A stretch of DNA of 43,639 nt from Desulfovibrionaceae bacterium (lineage in GTDB: Bacteria > Desulfobacterota > Desulfovibrionia > Desulfovibrionales > Desulfovibrionaceae): the NCBI GenBank assembly GCA_050253205.1, contig JBFWJM010000001.1:1-43639 (forward strand). The letters run 5' to 3'. This document shows positions 41,492 through 43,639 of the stretch, one piece after another; the first letter of the stretch is position 1; each line of letters starts with the position of its first letter. The translations under genes were made by a program, and so were the position numbers. The notes under the pieces were generated by a model. That model was given only the letters and a program-made list of their open reading frames with translations. It did not search any database and had not been told where the DNA came from.

Positions 41492-42166
41492 ATGCAGCAG
41501 TACAAGGCCCTGGTTTTCGACTTTGACGGAACGCTCGCGCACCTGACCATCGACTTCGATTCCATGAAGCGCAAGCTGGCCGCCCTGGCCGAGGGGTTCC
41601 TGGGCGAGCGGCCCGAGGCCCCGGCCAAGCCCGCGCTGGAATGGCTCGACGACCTGGCGGCGGAGATCGCCGAATACGAGGGCCGCGACCTGGGGCTGGA
41701 GTTCCATTGCCGGGGCAGGCTGGTGGTGCAGGCCACGGAGCTGGACGCGGCCGCCAGGGGCGGGCTTTTTCCGTTCACCCGGGACCTGCTGGGCGAGCTG
41801 CGCTCCCGTGGCGTGGCCACGGGCATCATCACCCGCAATTCCACGGCCGCAGTGCGGGTGGTCTTTCCGGACGTGCGCGAGCAGTGCGACGTGTTCCTCC
41901 CGCGCGAGGACGTCCCGGCCGTGAAGCCCCACCCGGAGCACCTGCTGGAGGCCCTGCGCCGCATGGGCGCGGAGCCCGGCCGGGCGCTCATGGTGGGCGA
42001 CCACGCCCTGGACCTGGAGACGGGCCGCCGGGCTGGGGTGCGCACGGCCGGGGTGGCCGGGGGCAACATGACCCTGGAGGAGCTGGAGCGCGCCGGGGCG
42101 GACCACCTGGCACAGGACGCCGCCGGGCTCGTGGCCGGGCTGCGCGCGGCGGGCCTCCTGGCGTAG
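41492..42166 (+). CDS. HAD-superfamily hydrolase (phosphoglycolate-phosphatase-like)
   Basis: ALVFDFDGTLA (motif I), ITRNS (II), MVGDHALDLETG (IV). Confidence 0.88.
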   Translation: MQQYKALVFDFDGTLAHLTIDFDSMKRKLAALAEGFLGERPEAPAKPALEWLDDLAAEIAEYEGRDLGLEFHCRGRLVVQATELDAAARGGLFPFTRDLLGELRSRGVATGIITRNSTAAVRVVFPDVREQCDVFLPREDVPAVKPHPEHLLEALRRMGAEPGRALMVGDHALDLETGRRAGVRTAGVAGGNMTLEELERAGADHLAQDAAGLVAGLRAAGLLA

Positions 42167-42283
42167 CCGCCCCTCATCGGAAGGATATTTCATTTCGATT
42201 TGAAACACTTCATGTTTTCCAGCATCTTCAGCAATGAACCAGGCAAACGCAAGCTCGGCACGGACGGGCATGGGAGTCGTCGG

Positions 42284-42457
42284 ATGAATGAGGAACGCAA
42301 GGACGCCGCCGAAGCGGCGGAGCCCACGGCACCAGCGGAGCCCACGGCACAGGAAGAGAAGCGCGACGAGCAGCTGAGCGACGAGGAGCTGGACCGGGTG
42401 GCCGGAGGCGCGGGCGAGCCGCAGCCCCAGGGCGACAGGTACATCAGCGGGTTCTGA
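42284..42457 (+). CDS. Double-glycine-leader precursor peptide 1 (57 aa): MNEERKD...EQLSDEELDRVAGG|AGEPQPQGDRYISGF
   Basis: GGGAG RBS 7 nt upstream of the ATG at 42284; high GC3; LSDEELDxVAGG as in Nif11/NHLP/class II bacteriocin leaders; paralog 110 bp downstream. Confidence 0.7.
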   Translation: MNEERKDAAEAAEPTAPAEPTAQEEKRDEQLSDEELDRVAGGAGEPQPQGDRYISGF

Positions 42458-42567
42458 TTCCGGCTGATGGATTATCGAGACGTCTGGCAGCGGCCTGTTG
42501 CTGCGAATGGTCTGGGCGATGATACTCTGGCGATTTCTGGGCGATACTCGGGCGATATGGAGTTTTC

Positions 42568-42720
42568 ATGAGCCAAGAACGCAAGGATACGGTGGATCTG
42601 GAGCAGGCGAAGAATGAGCAGCCCCGCAATGAGCGGCTGAGCGACGAGGAGCTGGACCAGGTGGCTGGCGGGGCGGGCGAGGGCAACCCCAACCATGACG
42701 ACGGCGTGATGCTCTTTTAG
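42568..42720 (+). CDS. Double-glycine-leader precursor peptide 2 (50 aa): MSQERKD...ERLSDEELDQVAGG|AGEGNPNHDDGVMLF
   Basis: Hand-translated; too short for the ORF track; GGAG RBS 5 nt upstream; shares M-x-x-ERKD and LSDEELDxVAGGAGE with peptide 1. Confidence 0.65.
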   Translation: MSQERKDTVDLEQAKNEQPRNERLSDEELDQVAGGAGEGNPNHDDGVMLF

Positions 42721-42724
42721 GCCG

Positions 42725-43435
42725 CTAGGACGAGGGCTCCGGGGTGATGACGATGGGCGTGAGGGGCCGCTCGCCGAAGAAGTCCACCCGCGCGGCGCAA
42801 AACGCCCCGCACCACGGCGGCAGGAGCTGGCTGTTGATGATCTTGGCGGGCTGGTTCTCGCGCCAGGTGGACACCGGGCCGGGCAGCACCGAGCGCGCCT
42901 GCTGCGGCGTGCGGCCCACGTTCACGGTGATCATCCGGCGCATCTGCGGCCAGGAATACCACCTGCCGCGCCCAAGGGTCTTGTGCGGCTCGTTGCCGTG
43001 GGAGAGGAAGTAGAACGACCAGCGGTTGAGAAAGCCCACCACCAGCCCCTGGTCGGCCACGCGCGCGGCCTCGCGCAGCATGGCCCCGGGGTCCTGGCAG
43101 AATTCCAGCACCGTCCAGAGCACCACGTAGTCGAACTCCCCGGCCTGATAGGGCAGGCATTCGCCGTTGCCCACGGAAATCTCCGCGCGGTTGCCAAAGC
43201 GGGTTCGCGCGGCCTTGACCATGCCCGGGGAGAGGTCAACGCCCGTCACGTCGAACCCGCGCTGCCAGAGCGATTCCAAAAACAGCCCCGTGCCGCAGCC
43301 CACCTCCAGCAGGCGCGTGGAGCGCCGGGGCCAGCCCGCCGTCATGACGTCGAGCAGCCTGCGCTCGCTATGGAAGGCGGCCAGGCCCGTGGGCGTGGCG
43401 AACCACTTCTCGTATTTTTCCGCGTCCCAGGTCAT
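42725..43435 (-). CDS. Class I SAM-dependent methyltransferase (Methyltransf_11-like)
   Basis: 236 aa from MTWDAEKYEKWF...; LLEVGCGTGLF motif I; stop codon only 4 nt from the peptide 2 stop (convergent). Confidence 0.85.
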   Translation of the reverse strand: MTWDAEKYEKWFATPTGLAAFHSERRLLDVMTAGWPRRSTRLLEVGCGTGLFLESLWQRGFDVTGVDLSPGMVKAARTRFGNRAEISVGNGECLPYQAGEFDYVVLWTVLEFCQDPGAMLREAARVADQGLVVGFLNRWSFYFLSHGNEPHKTLGRGRWYSWPQMRRMITVNVGRTPQQARSVLPGPVSTWRENQPAKIINSQLLPPWCGAFCAARVDFFGERPLTPIVITPEPSS

Positions 43436-43639
43436 GGGCGCAATGTAGCGCAAAGCCCGGCCCCGCGCCAGAAAAACACGCTCGCGGCCCGGCGCGCCTT
43501 CGGCAAGGTTGTGCTTTATCTTCTCGGGTTGGTCCTGTACTACCGGGGTTGGTGGGTGCGATACGCACGGGCATGGCAGGCCCGGCCCGCGCACGAGGGG
43601 GCGCGGGCCAGCGGCTATAGAGCAACGGTTGGAGATTAT

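Noticed and set aside
42455-42569. Selenocysteine read-through of the peptide 1 TGA; the downstream frame stays open for 37 codons and ends at a TGA overlapping the peptide 2 ATG
   Set aside because: The read-through frame loses the GC3 bias. I found no convincing SECIS-like hairpin at the right distance after the UGA. Peptide 2 has its own RBS.
42410-42720. Lasso-peptide interpretation of the cores (Gly/Ala N-terminus with Asp at core position 8/9 in both peptides)
   Set aside because: The positions are compatible, but there is no lasso cyclase (Asn-synthetase-like) or leader peptidase/RRE gene in the window. The leaders end in GG rather than the usual Thr at position -2. It remains a remote possibility.

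Overview
High-GC (about 60-65%) bacterial chromosome segment. By gene content and order it looks like the origin-proximal region of a Desulfovibrio-like sulfate reducer; that assignment is inference only. The backbone is housekeeping. It runs hisS, a small 2x[4Fe-4S] ferredoxin, class II B12-dependent ribonucleotide reductase, a YfcH-like epimerase and an orphan sigma-54 response regulator. Then come a MerR-methyltransferase fusion, aspartate aminotransferase, a COG1900 homocysteine-biosynthesis protein, and dnaA-dnaN-gyrB-(insert)-gyrA followed by a TPR lipoprotein and dapF. A long minus-strand gene string follows (pgi, histidine kinase, sigma-54 response regulator). The rest is glnA, an HxlR regulator divergent from an iron-sulfur flavoprotein, a geranylgeranyl-reductase-family flavoprotein, a HAD hydrolase and a SAM methyltransferase. 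Most very long ORFs in the six-frame track are antisense shadows of these genes, as expected at this GC content.

Two loci stand out.

(1) 25921-30767 (minus strand) is a tightly coupled three-gene cassette. It encodes an ABC/OLD-type ATPase, a DUF4276-like protein with a Toprim-like acidic signature, and a 1028-aa MrfA/YprA-like DEAD-box helicase. The helicase carries a DUF1998 Cys4 module and is fused through a repeat-encoded Thr/Ser/Ala/Pro linker to a MrfB/YprB-like DEDDy exonuclease. The cassette hangs directly behind a sigma-54 two-component system. It is a candidate uncharacterised nucleic-acid defence or repair system.

(2) 42284-42720 (plus strand) holds two tandem paralogous small ORFs; the second is absent from the ORF track. 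Both carry a textbook double-glycine leader end (LSDEELDxVAGG) followed by Cys-free 15-aa cores. This points to a RiPP or peptide-pheromone-like locus whose processing genes are not in the window.

Other accessory material:
- a low-GC islet (about 2385-4550) with an HsdR-N-type PD-(D/E)xK nuclease and an exported protein, marked by a 128-bp direct repeat
- a frameshifted DUF3800 gene wedged between gyrB and gyrA
- a RhuM-family gene
- several short repeat arrays and palindromes in intergenic regions

No rRNA, tRNA, CRISPR array, transposase or integrase was recognised.
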